Shown: positions 23,362 to 34,967 of the stretch, piece after piece | Numbering within the stretch: position 1 is the stretch's first letter | Layout: each line of letters begins with the position of its first letter | Origin: Eledone cirrhosa | Taxonomy: Eukaryota | Direction: 5' to 3' | Assembly (NCBI GenBank): GCA_964016885.1 | Contig: OZ024741.1 | Location: 396,924,001 to 396,988,000, forward strand | DNA length: 64,000 nucleotides | Notes under the pieces: model-generated | What the model saw: only the letters and a program-made list of their open reading frames with translations | Databases searched by the model: none | Told to the model about the DNA's origin: nothing | Program-made: the position numbers and the translations under genes

Positions 23362-23448
23362 GAATGAAAAGTATCAACCTTAAATAACTGAAATCGTAGT
23401 AATTTCCAGAGGTTGACTGAGGAGATGGGACTGCCCGTCTTTCCGTTC
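23362..23448 (+). ncRNA. Decayed type III hammerhead-like motif (GAAA core missing)
   Basis: GAATGAAAAG-TA-TCAACCT...AGGTTGA-CTGAGGA-GATGGG actg CCCGTC-TTTCCGTTC: all three stems present, GAAAC absent. Confidence 0.5.
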
Positions 23449-23517
23449 TCTTTGTCCTATGTGCCCCCTATTCTGAATTCATTTCTAAAACTTAGCCATG
23501 TGAACCTTTTTTGCAAC

Positions 23518-23589
<72 letters not shown>

Positions 23590-23592
23590 GGC

Positions 23593-24799
23593 ATGACCTT
23601 AAAAAACATACCTATACCTACAAACAAGGACTATACACTCGGCATGAATCAGCGTACTAATGACTTCATCCGTCGAATCCGATGGAAGGCCTATCATTAC
23701 GATAAAGGACACGCTAATAACACAGAGGAATTTACTAGGGAAAAATACGGATTCAAATCCTGCAAAAATCCACCGAATAACCCCCAGCTTGATGCCTTCG
23801 AACTCAACCCCATGAACATGATAAGTGGAACCAAATTCAAAAAACGTACGGGTTACAACAAACTGCAAAACGACATCAATGCACTACTGAAGAAACTACG
23901 CAACACCAACAATATTATAGTAAAAGCGGACAAAACATCAAACGTATACACCATGAGCCTTAACACATACAATAACTTTATACGCCGTGAACTACACAAA
24001 AAATACAAGAAAACTACAGAATCTACACCCACCAGCATTAATAAGGAAGGACTTTAAGCTAATTGACAAACACTTCCCTAAACTACAGAAATACCATAGA
24101 ATCTTTAACAGAAAAACTATCAAACTCTCTTACTCTACTGCAGCTAACATAGAATCACACATACATAAAATCAACTACAAAAGAATCTCTAAAGAAAATA
24201 ACCTACCAACATACACCATAGCACCAAATACAAAACGCAAACACATAACAACATCACAACCACACACACATCGGGGCGCATCACAACAAAACATTAATAG
24301 GCCTAAATCTCAACCCACCCATAACAACATGCAAAACCGCAACGGAGAACCTGCACACAGGAAGGCCTCCAACTGTAACTGCCACCTACCGGAAAAGTGC
24401 CCACTACAAAATAGATACCTGGATTCAAGTATGGTGTACCTGTGTACTATAAATTCAGGCAACTTAACATGGCACTACATAGGTTCCACGGCTGGGGAGT
24501 TAAAAAAAAGATGGTATGTTCACAGACACTCCATGAAGAACTGTAGACTTGAAAACTCTACAACGCTGGCCAATAAAATCTGGCAGCTTAAGAACACAAA
24601 CCAGGAATATAGGATTAGCTGGTCAAAACTATCGAGAGCAAGGGCCTACAACAATGGAATGTCCCACTGCGGACTTTGCAATATGGAGCTATTCCATATT
24701 TTAAAGTACGATAAGATGCTGCTTAACAGCAAAATAGAAAGATCAATTTTCTTTAGGCACAAAGCAGCTACCAAGTTCACAAATTTTAAACCAGCATGA
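23593..24799 (+). pseudogene. Naiad-like Penelope element with RT domain deleted; C-terminal GIY-YIG retained
   Basis: N-terminal KNIPIP...FIRRIRWKA...VKADKT joins (frameshift near 24050) directly to LIDKHFPK...IFNRKTIKLSYS, then CNC..CPL, MVY...YIGST...KKRW..H, CGLC..E, LLN. Confidence 0.75.
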
Positions 24800-25394
24800 T
24801 TCGACCCAGTAATCCCAAAATTCGAATTGAACCACCCGGATTTTAACGTACGGAATACATACCACCACACTGTTATTAGATGTCAACTAACCGACTGGTC
24901 ACTAGATCATAAATCTCCTAACCTTTCTTTCACCCTCTCTCCCTGAAGCCACATCAACCCCATTAAGATAAAAAAATCAGCAGGCTAAATATTTACCACA
25001 CACACATATCAAAAAACCCCTTCCCCATCCATCCTTAGCCCTTATGTCTCATGCTCGTATCTTTCACTTAATTTTTAATTTATTGTTTTTTCTTTTATCT
25101 GTCATTTGTTACTACCTCTTATTCTCTACACGTTTGTATGTATGTATCTAATATTGCTTTTCAGGTTAGTACTGCCTCCACCCTACATCCTTATACGGAC
25201 ACTCACCACCACCACTATTATCAACTATCGTATTCTGTACTTATATACTTTTACTTATTTTTTATTTCTTTATTTTTTAAACTTTTTACATCTGTAACTT
25301 CTTTACCTATTTACCATTATATTTTATTATTGATGTTATTGTTTTGATTCTACGTTGTATCTCTATATATACCATTGCCATATGTGAGTTCTCT

Positions 25395-25507
25395 AGTATT
25401 CTGAGGATTTGATCAGAAGTAAACACTGTATTTGAGGTCGAGTGACGCAACTTCGAGTGCTTAGCAGCCTTTAGACTCACCTGATCAATGAAACAATAAT
25501 TAATACT
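25395..25507 (+). ncRNA. Type I hammerhead-like motif with 64-nt insertion in stem II, 3' of the Naiad-like ORF
   Basis: AGTATT-CTGAGGA-T-TTGATCAG-[64 nt]-CTGATCAA-T-GAAA-CAATAA-TT-AATACT. Confidence 0.65.
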
Positions 25508-26092
25508 TGAAATAAAGCCCCTTGCTGTACAGCCGACCATGTTATTCTTCAATCTTTCACTATATCTAGTCGAGCGCTTTTCATTCGGAATGTGGAACGG
25601 AATTGAATTCCTTTGTTCACACTTTGAATTTACCCGCCCAAAACCGGGGGTTACTTCCCTTGTTAGAAATAACACGTGACAGTGGAACACTGGGAGCTAC
25701 AAATGATAGGAGTTCAGTGTTCCAGTCCACACCGGCTTGAGGCATAGAACGAAATTTCCCGGTGACGACGTGAATCCTTGTTCGGTCATGGAATACCACA
25801 GGCTTGCATGTCACGTAAGCTGGATGGATGATATCGATTTTCATAGAAACCTATCGAACGTTTGCAAAATATCGTTCGATATGTCCAGGTCAGTTGTCTA
25901 ACCTGATTAGTTTCTTGGTTATTTTTGATATTGTGTGGCTAGGTCTGCCTGCCGCAATTTTCAATTTGTCCAGCTGTCTAAACGTATGTTATTACTCTAA
26001 GGCCAGACCTTATGGAGTGCTTTGCTGCTCATTCCTAATTGTAGGTCGTTCGCTTGGCCACAGCCAAAGCTTCGATTTTACTAAGCTTCTAC

Positions 26093-26163
<71 letters not shown>

Positions 26164-26243
26164 GTAAACAGAAATAACAACACAATCGGTACAGTATATG
26201 GAAGGGATATATTAGGTTAACGCTTGATATAGCAGGAAGGGGG

Positions 26244-26279
26244 TCTTAACGTTTCGGACGCTAGTCCTTCATCAGAAGA
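26244..26279 (-). ncRNA. Minimal type I hammerhead ribozyme in a ~180-bp TA-flanked element
   Basis: TCTT-CTGATGA-A-GGAC tagc GTCC-GAAA-CG-TT-AAGA; a degenerate homologue with the same downstream flank lies at ~22722-22800 (+). Confidence 0.75.
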
Positions 26280-26387
26280 AAGAATGAGAAATAAGATAGA
26301 TTGAGGGGACGGGCGGGATGGAATAGGGTGGGAGTGAAAAAAAAGATATATATGTATATATATGTATATATATGTATATGTATATAC

Positions 26388-26445
<58 letters not shown>

Positions 26446-26566
26446 ACGCTTACGTGGACCTCTCAAAACTCATTGGATTTTCTAATTGGATTTTCACCTC
26501 GAAACTGGATAGCAACCCGGAGTACACCTGAACTTCCACCAGGAAATCTTTCGTATCTTTGAAATT

Positions 26567-26765
<199 letters not shown>

Positions 26766-27029
26766 TATACATGCATTTCTGTGACGACTGACATAAACGC
26801 TGGGGTGAAACTATGTTTGTATGAATGTATGTCTCTGTGTTTTTATAAGTGTATATTTGTGTGATTGTATGTGTACCTGTTCGTTTATATTTATATTCTC
26901 ATACCGTTAAATTAGCAGCTAATACATTTGCATATACTTGGTTAATTTATACTGCATACAAAAATAATAATTAATATATATTTCTTTTGGATGTTGATAC
27001 TTATTTGTTTACAATATTGAAAAAAAATG

Positions 27030-27338
27030 TCTTTATTCTAAAAATTCCTCTCATACCTACAGATGTTCCATTTGAATTTAAGAGGCTTCAGTTTCCAGTC
27101 AAACTAATTTAACAAACCTCAGGGTCAATCCCTCAAGGTAATTGAACTTGATCTCTCTATTACATGTTTCTCCCACGGTCAACTCTATGTTGGTTACTCA
27201 CGAGTTGGACGCAGCAACAATTTATTCATATGGACACCAACAAAACATTATACAATGAATATTGCTTACTCTGAGGTGCTTCAAGATTGACAGATTTTCA
27301 TTTCTAAATTCAATTATCATTACAGGTCATTCAGCTAG
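27030..27338 (+). mobile_element. Helitron 3' end (Pif1 helicase C-terminal remnant plus CTAG terminus)
   Basis: Reads LIPTDVPFEFKRLQFPVK, QGQSLK, CFSHGQLYVGYSRVG, NIAYSEVL; ends CAGGTCATTCAGCTAG-T. Confidence 0.8.
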
Positions 27339-27474
27339 TCTATATATATATTCTATTTTCTGATAAAAAGGACTAGGTCCTCTACTTTTACTAATATAAC
27401 CAGAGCCTGCATCATACAATGCATTGAGAACTTCTTCGATTTGTGGTCTTCTCGTTCCCAGGATAGCAGACTAT

Positions 27475-27540
<66 letters not shown>

Positions 27541-27945
27541 AGAGTGGGGATACTCTATCTATATGTGTATATATGACTGTGTGTAGGTGTATTTCAAGAG
27601 GCGGCAAACATTGATTATAGAAGCCTGTGAAAACAGCTTGTTATACAATTATTAACCTTTTCCATTGACAGTTTAATGTAGAATGAAATATATTGCTGCT
27701 TGATGGATTTATCTTTAAAAAGTGAAAAATCTAGAAACACGGAAATGTCGCAAATTTTCTTCTTTTTGTTGCAGCTGTGTAATTAAGGAGTTCGCTAGGC
27801 AACCATGATCTTTAGCCCAAGTTTCACAATATAGACGAGATCATTCTCCAAACAACAGGTTTTATACTAAAGAAATTCTCTCCAAAATACAAACTTTAAC
27901 AATACCTCGGATACATGAGCCTTTGAAAGAAAAATTCCAGATCGA

Positions 27946-28038
<93 letters not shown>

Positions 28039-28040
<2 letters not shown>

Positions 28041-29800
28041 TTTCTTTATTGGCCACAAGGGCTGACATCAAGAAAAACATTACAGACGGTACAGGGCGGT
28101 ACGATGTGGGATTTGTGCGTGTAAATATTTTTATTATTTATATAAGAAAAGAAAAAAAAGACATAGAAACATATATATATATATATATATAAACAATAAA
28201 AATGAAAATTGAAACAATGAAAAATTCCCCAATAGGGGGGGAACTTCCGAGGGTTACTCGTGGCGAAAACCACATAAAAGACCACGGCCACCCTGACCCC
28301 CAGGGCAAGCGCCCTCTCTCAATTTTTCCATTTCACAGGCATATATTCAGAGCGGTCCCATTCACTCGGACCATTCTCGCTAGATTCACCCACCTTTCAA
28401 CAAACTTGCTAGAAGGCAGCACTTGCCTCTCCACCCTGATTTTCCTCTTCAAGTGAAACTTGAAAAAGTTAATCAGGGATTCGCCGAAGAGGAAAGTATC
28501 TGTCTTTAACCCTTTCAACCTTGTCCACCACACAATCTCTTTCGCCATGGCCACCAGGAAGATGAAAACCGCCTGCCCTTCCTCCTCGAAGGAAGACGGC
28601 GAGACCATCTGCACAATGGACTCAGTCGATAACTGGATCAGTCCTACACGCGACAGCAACTGTTCGACATAGCTCCACAAGTCAGCAATGCTCGGATACT
28701 GAACGAGTGCGTGCACGACGCTTTCGTCGCTCTGCGCGCATCTCGGACAGGCTCGGCTGACTTCCGTGCCTGTAGATCTTATCTCGAACCGGCAACGCTC
28801 CCCGGTAGCACTGCCAGGACAGGGATTTTTGGAAGTTATCCATAGGCTCTGGGCTGAAAGTTCTCCGGAAGAGAGCAAACAGCTGATCTTCTTCGACGCC
28901 CACGTCGTCGCTCTTCCCCTCCACTAGTCCTCTATATAAAGCCTAGGTGGATGTTCCACCGATACTGTTGTCCAGCTGGCAGAGGGCAGTGAGCACCTGG
29001 AGTCATTCCAGTTTAAAGCGTTATCCCTCGGTCTTTTCCTGACCCAAGACTGCAGCTCCGTCAAGGAGACGAGCTGTGGGAAAACGTGCCTGTCGAACGG
29101 CGACCACACCTGTTTACCGTCAAGGAAGCACCAGAGATGTCGCAGCCTCAGCGCATGTTTGCGCATCATCAGCCATGGCATGCCCAGTCCTCCACGCAAC
29201 AGGTGTTGACAGCAGATGGAACGTCTGACCATGGGAGCGCGTCCCTTCCACAAAAAGCGGAAGAGGAGGCGCTCCATTTTGGTGAGAGTTGGGCCGGGGC
29301 AAGGGACGACGACGCAGATGACGGATGCGATGTACGCATTCGCCACCTCCGCCCGGCTTTTCATGGACAGCTTCCTCTCGGCCCATTTCTGGGTGAGGGA
29401 GGCCACCTTGCTCGTCACCTCGCTCCAATTTTTCTCCACCGGTCCGAATTTAACCGGTCCGTCCGTCCAACGCCCCACGACGCCGTCGGACGGCATGGAC
29501 TTGCCTCTCCAAGTGCCGAGCTGCAAGCCCACCGACTTTTCCTGGTTTATCTTTGCTCCTGTCACCGCTTCTTATTCCTTGAGAGCGGTGCCGAGCATCT
29601 GGACGTGTCTGGTGCTCGACACCACCACGGTGACGTCGTCGGCATAATCTGACACGAACTTCTGCATCCTAGTTCGCGAGGTATCCCCTCATGGTCTCCA
29701 ATTTATGCGGTAATGGCTCGAGAGCCAGTACGTAAAAGAGGGATGAGAGAGGAAAACCTTGGCGGACCGAGCACATGATGCCGAACGGCTGCGACAGGTG
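28039..29800 (-). mobile_element. Tx1/L1-clade LINE, 5'-truncated, degraded (copy 0)
   Basis: ORF2 C-terminal fragments (TGAKINQEKS, GGLGMP, CPRC..ESVVHALVQ); 3' end abuts (AAT)n 27981-28038. Confidence 0.85.
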
Positions 29801-30616
29801 ATAGGGGGGAAGACGCACGTGGTGGATAGAGTGTTATGGAATCGCTCCCGTAAGTTTTTGATTTTTAACAATTGTGATATAACAATTGTGATATAACAAT
29901 TCTTAGTACAAATGGGACATAAGGCACCAGTCTTAGCTCTCTGGAAATGAAGACTCATAACACCCTGGTATATGACTCAAATATTCAATTTTGTATTGGA
30001 AATTTTATATTCAAAAAAGAAAATGGTTATAAATGGAAGAAAACCCCCTCTGTCTACACTAAATAGAACAGCCAAGTAACGACAATTTCACCACCACAAC
30101 CTAGATACACCACCTAACACCCCCCTCTGTGTACATTAAATACTACAGCCAGATAACGGCAATTTCACCACCACCAATCCCAGTATAATAATTATTATTA
30201 TTATTGTATCTTAAGTTTTCTCAAAATGTTTAATAAGGAAATATATCAACATGTATATTAAACATAGGCGACAAACCGCATAGATATACAGATCAAACGC
30301 ATACTAGCTACAGTCTATTCAACAGAATTCAGTAGCGACAACGCCATCACTATAGTACCACTATCCCATCACCGCCGCCACCACTCCATCATTGCTACCA
30401 CCACTATTCCCCTACTACCGTCTGTTAACTTAAGAAAGGGGAAGGTGGCGCTAACACTAGACAAGGGAGGGGCTAACAAAAGATATAAATAGACTGACAT
30501 ATTGACTCGGTCAAACGTTAACGGCTATGGCAAGAGAAAACAAACCAGCAACACCGGCATAGCCAACAACAGAAGCAACTTCAACAAAAAGTATATTACA
30601 TTATTAATAATAATTT

Positions 30617-30722
30617 CCGAGGTTGACTTTGTCTTTCATCCTTACGGGGTCGTTAAAATAAAGTACCAGTAATGCACTGGGTATTGCTGGCCTTGTGCCA
30701 ATAGTAGAAACAATTATTAATA
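30617..30722 (+). mobile_element. SINE family 1, 3' half
   Basis: Central domain and tail GGCCTTGTGCCAATAGTAGAAACAATTATT. Confidence 0.8.
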
Positions 30723-30799
30723 ATAATTTCTTTCTCAGCCACGAAGGGCTCACATTAAGGAACCACGCATGATAATAACAATTTAAAAAACAAAAAGAA

Positions 30800-33700
30800 A
30801 ACCGTGACCAAGAAATACCGGAAGTGGTAACACGAAATGATTACCCCTTGGCGCTAAGGATAAAACGCAACAAAATAAAGCCAATGTCAAATGATAAAAT
30901 CTTATACCGGATCGGCCGTCACCGGGGTCAAAAAGGGCCGCATCCCTCTGAGAGGAACCAGACTGGGTTCGAAAAATCAGCTAATGGTTCAAACCTTCTC
31001 ATCAATTTGGAGCTGTAGACCTCCCATAACCGGAATACTGCTACTGTTGGCCCTCCATGCTCACCACCAAGAAACCCAATGAAAAAGAGAGAAAAATGGT
31101 CAAGGGAAGATAATAAAGAAGTCCTTGAGGCTTACTACACTGCCATGTACTACCCATCAAATAGATCGAATACAGAACAGACATATATCAACTGTAAAAA
31201 GAAACATCCCGAAAACAGAGACAATATTGACAGTAACAAACTAGCCAATGTACGAAGAAATATTGTTAAGAAAAAGTTACTAACTGATATAGAAATTGAT
31301 CAGATCAAGCTATTAGCACAAAGTCAGCGAAGGGAAAATGAAACATGTGTCAGTGAAAACGAGGTAAATTGTAACACTTCGAATCCCAGGGTTGGGGCGG
31401 AATCACTGACAGCAGAACAAATTAAAGAAAGGATCGAAAAAGTGGAAGGAGTGCATGCTCAAGATGGTACTCAAAATGAAAACAATGAGACCGTCAATGA
31501 TAAAGAAATGAATGAGAATGAACTCGCCAACTTGACGAATGAAATTATGATTGAATGGATGAAAATGAAATAATCTGACAGGAGGGAACGAGACACTCTC
31601 CCTAAGATCCAGAACTCCAAACAAAACCAGAGGATTATACACAAGACTAACATAACTCTCAAAAACATTATCATCACAAATAAACTAAACATTACTGATC
31701 TAAATCATCTCTATTAACCATCGGCTAAAGTCACCACTCACTTACGTGGAGTGAAAAGGAAAAAGACAAAGGAATTCCCACAAAATCCTACTTGGCAAGA
31801 GAACATCAATCGCCAAATAAACCTTTTCCGATATAACATAGAAATTTTAGCAAACTACAAAGTAGGTGAACATGTTAAACAAACTAAACTTAGAAAATTG
31901 AAAAGAAAATACAGTATAAAATCAACAAGTGACATAGACATGCTGATAGAAATAATCAAGCTAAAAGTGTCGGCCAAAGCTCCTCCTATAAGGCGCTTTG
32001 AAAAACGATATAGATTCTATAAGGACAATAATATGTTCAAAACAACCAAAGAAAATTCTACAGAAAAATTGGCAAGTCAACAATAAGTGCTAAATCAATA
32101 CCACCCAAGGAGGAAGTGCAAGAATTCTGGGAAAAGATCTGGGCCGAAGAAAAAGTTCATAATATACATGCCCCATGGACAGACAGACAAATGAAAGATA
32201 CAGCTCACCTTGAGGAACAAATATGGGAAAATATAACAGTTGAACATCTGCGTTTAGCTCTTAGAAAATCCAACAAATAGAAATCCCCAGGGAAAGACAA
32301 AATACCAAATTTTTTGATAAATGCCTTCACAGAGTCTCATGAGCTGTTAGCCCAACTTTACAATGAAATGGTTAAGGAGCCAGAAAAGATACCATCATGG
32401 CTAGTTAACGGCATTACATTCCTACTTCCGAAGAAGATGAGACAAACAATCCCAAAAATTACAGACCGATAACTTGCTTGACCACAATGTATAAAATTTT
32501 AACATCAGTCCTAACTGAATATATGTATGACCACCTGATAACAAATGATCTATTTCCCAATGAGCAGAAAGGGTGTAAACGAGGCTCATATGGCTGTAAG
32601 GATCAACTTTTGGTTAACAAAATGATACTGGAAGATTGTCATAATAGACACAAAAATCTATCAATTGCTTGGATAGATTATAAAAAAGCATTCGATAGTT
32701 TGCCACACAGTTGGATTGAAAAGTGTTTAGAGATTTTCAAAATATCTCCCGTTGTCAGGAGGTTCCTGTCATTCAGTATGAAGACATGGAAAACAACACC
32801 CCTTTTGAATAGTGAAAAAAAATCACTAGAGGCTGGAGGAGTTAATATTAATTGTGGAATTTTTCAGGGTGACTCTTTATCACCGCTTTTATTCTGCATC
32901 ACACTTATACCATTAAGTAAAATGCTCAATGAAACAAAACATGGATATAAAGTCTATGACAAAACCATTAATCACTTGTTCTACATGGATGACCTGAAAC
33001 TATTTGTAAAAAGTAATGAGTAATTGCAAGGGCTATTATCCACTGTGAAGCAGTTCAGTGATAATATTAAAATGGAGTTTGGACTAGACAAATGCGCCAA
33101 AACCACGTTCACCAGAGGAAAGCTGCTGAAAAGTTCAGACATTAATCTTGATCGGGAGAATGTGATAAGAGAACTTGATCAAGAGGAAACTTACAAATAT
33201 CTAGGTGTTTGTGGAGGAGACGGAATCAAGCACTCGACAATGAGGGAAAGGATAAGGAAGGAATGTTACCGCAGACTAAGAGCAATCTTAAGAAAGGAAT
33301 TGAATGTAAGGAATAGGATCGATGCCATAAACATGCTTGCCATACCAGTAGTAACCTACAGTTTCAATGTCATCAACTGGTCAAGCACAGAGATCCGTAG
33401 GCTCGATACAAAAATTAGAAAATTCTTAACCATGCACAGAATGCATCACCCTAAGGCAGATACAAACAGAATATATCTCCCTAGGAAAGAAGGAGGACGT
33501 GGATTAATCCAGTTAGACATTGCTTTGAAAACTGCAACAATTGGATTATCTACATATCTAAGGGAATCACATGATTAGATGATCAAACTTGTTTTGAAAC
33601 ATGAAAGCATCAAAAGATCATATTCCATTACAAAAGATGCACATAGATACAGTAATGAACTACACATTTCAGAAGTTCCATTTACTGCTAAAATGAAAAA

Positions 33701-34655
33701 CACAGAAAAAGCAAAGCAAGTAAAAGTAACTGCAAAGAAAGAACTGCTACAGAAACTGGCTAAGAAATGGCAAGAAAAGCCTCTGTATGGAAAATATCCA
33801 GAAAGAGCTAACAATCCTGATGTTGACAAAACTTTAACCCGTCAGTGGTTGGCATCCTCTGGACTGAAATCGGAGACTGAAGGACTGATTATATCAGCAC
33901 AAGATCAGTGTCTGTCAACAAAATATTATCAAGCCAACATAATAAAAAGTGGATGCAACTCATTATGCCGTGTATGTAAAAAAACAACCAGAGACCATTG
34001 ATCATATAATTTCAAAGTGCAGTCCTATAGCTCCAACCGAATACCTAAACAGGCACGACAGAGCTGCACAATACATACATTGGATAATATGTAAGCATTT
34101 TGACCTGCCCCATCAAAAGAATTGGTGGGAGCATCAACCACCTCCCGTACTTGAAAGAGATCAGATCTGAATCTTGTGGAATTTTAGCATCCAAATAGAC
34201 CGAAAAATAGATGCAAATAGACCTGATATAATACTGAAGGACTTTAAAAAGAGGGCATTAAAAAAGAGGGTATGTATCTATAAAAACATTTGAAAAATTG
34301 AGCAAGTATAAAGACCTGGAGATAGAAATTGGAAAAATGTGGAAGTTGAGAACTAAAACGATACCAGTGGTTGTAGGCGTTCTAGGAATGATACCTAAGG
34401 GGTCTAATGATTATTTATCACAAATCCCAGAAAAGCCGCGTATAGGAGAAATACAAAAGATAGTACTAATCGAAACTGCCCATATACTAAGGAAGATTCT
34501 GTCAATATAAGTACACCACAGTCTAAACACCTAAAGATGCATGTGTGTGTATGTTTGTTCTTTCTTGAACATGGCGGACCTTGTTGTCTCTTGAGGTCAC
34601 AGGTTGTGACTTGGTGATAACTCGTATGAAGATAAAGCAAGATAAATGCATCGAT
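30800..34655 (+). mobile_element. R4/Dong-like LINE (RT + CCHC + restriction-like endonuclease), near full-length, disrupted
   Basis: N-terminal KKREKWSREDNKEVLEAYY; EQKGC, WIDYKKAFDS, GIFQGDSLSP, YMDDLKLF, GGRGL, CRVC..ETIDHIISKC, NRPDI, KYKDL, IPVVVGVLG; ends in (AAT)n; many stops and frameshifts; 5' boundary approximate. Confidence 0.9.
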
Positions 34656-34658
34656 AAT

Positions 34659-34725
<67 letters not shown>

Positions 34726-34967
34726 TTTTCTTTATTAACCACAAGGGTTCACATAAAGTAGACATTAAGGACAGTACAGGACAATACAGGACGGTACAAA
34801 TGGGCATTTCTGCGTGTAAAAAAACAGAGGTTGAAATAAAATAACAAAGAAAAATTCCCCAATAGGGGGGAGACTTCCAAGGGACATTTGTGGAGAAAGC
34901 CCATTAAAAGACCACAGTAGCCCTGACCACCAGGGCAAGTGCCCTCTCCCAGTTTTCCACCTTTAAT

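Noticed and set aside
23987-26095. Selenocysteine recoding or SECIS as known for some Naiad elements
   Set aside because: No in-frame TGA at Cys positions, and no convincing AUGA-AA-GA SECIS fold found by eye; SECISearch would settle it
30800-31080. HDV-like ribozyme at the Dong 5' end
   Set aside because: Plausible for this group, but I could not assemble the nested double pseudoknot by eye
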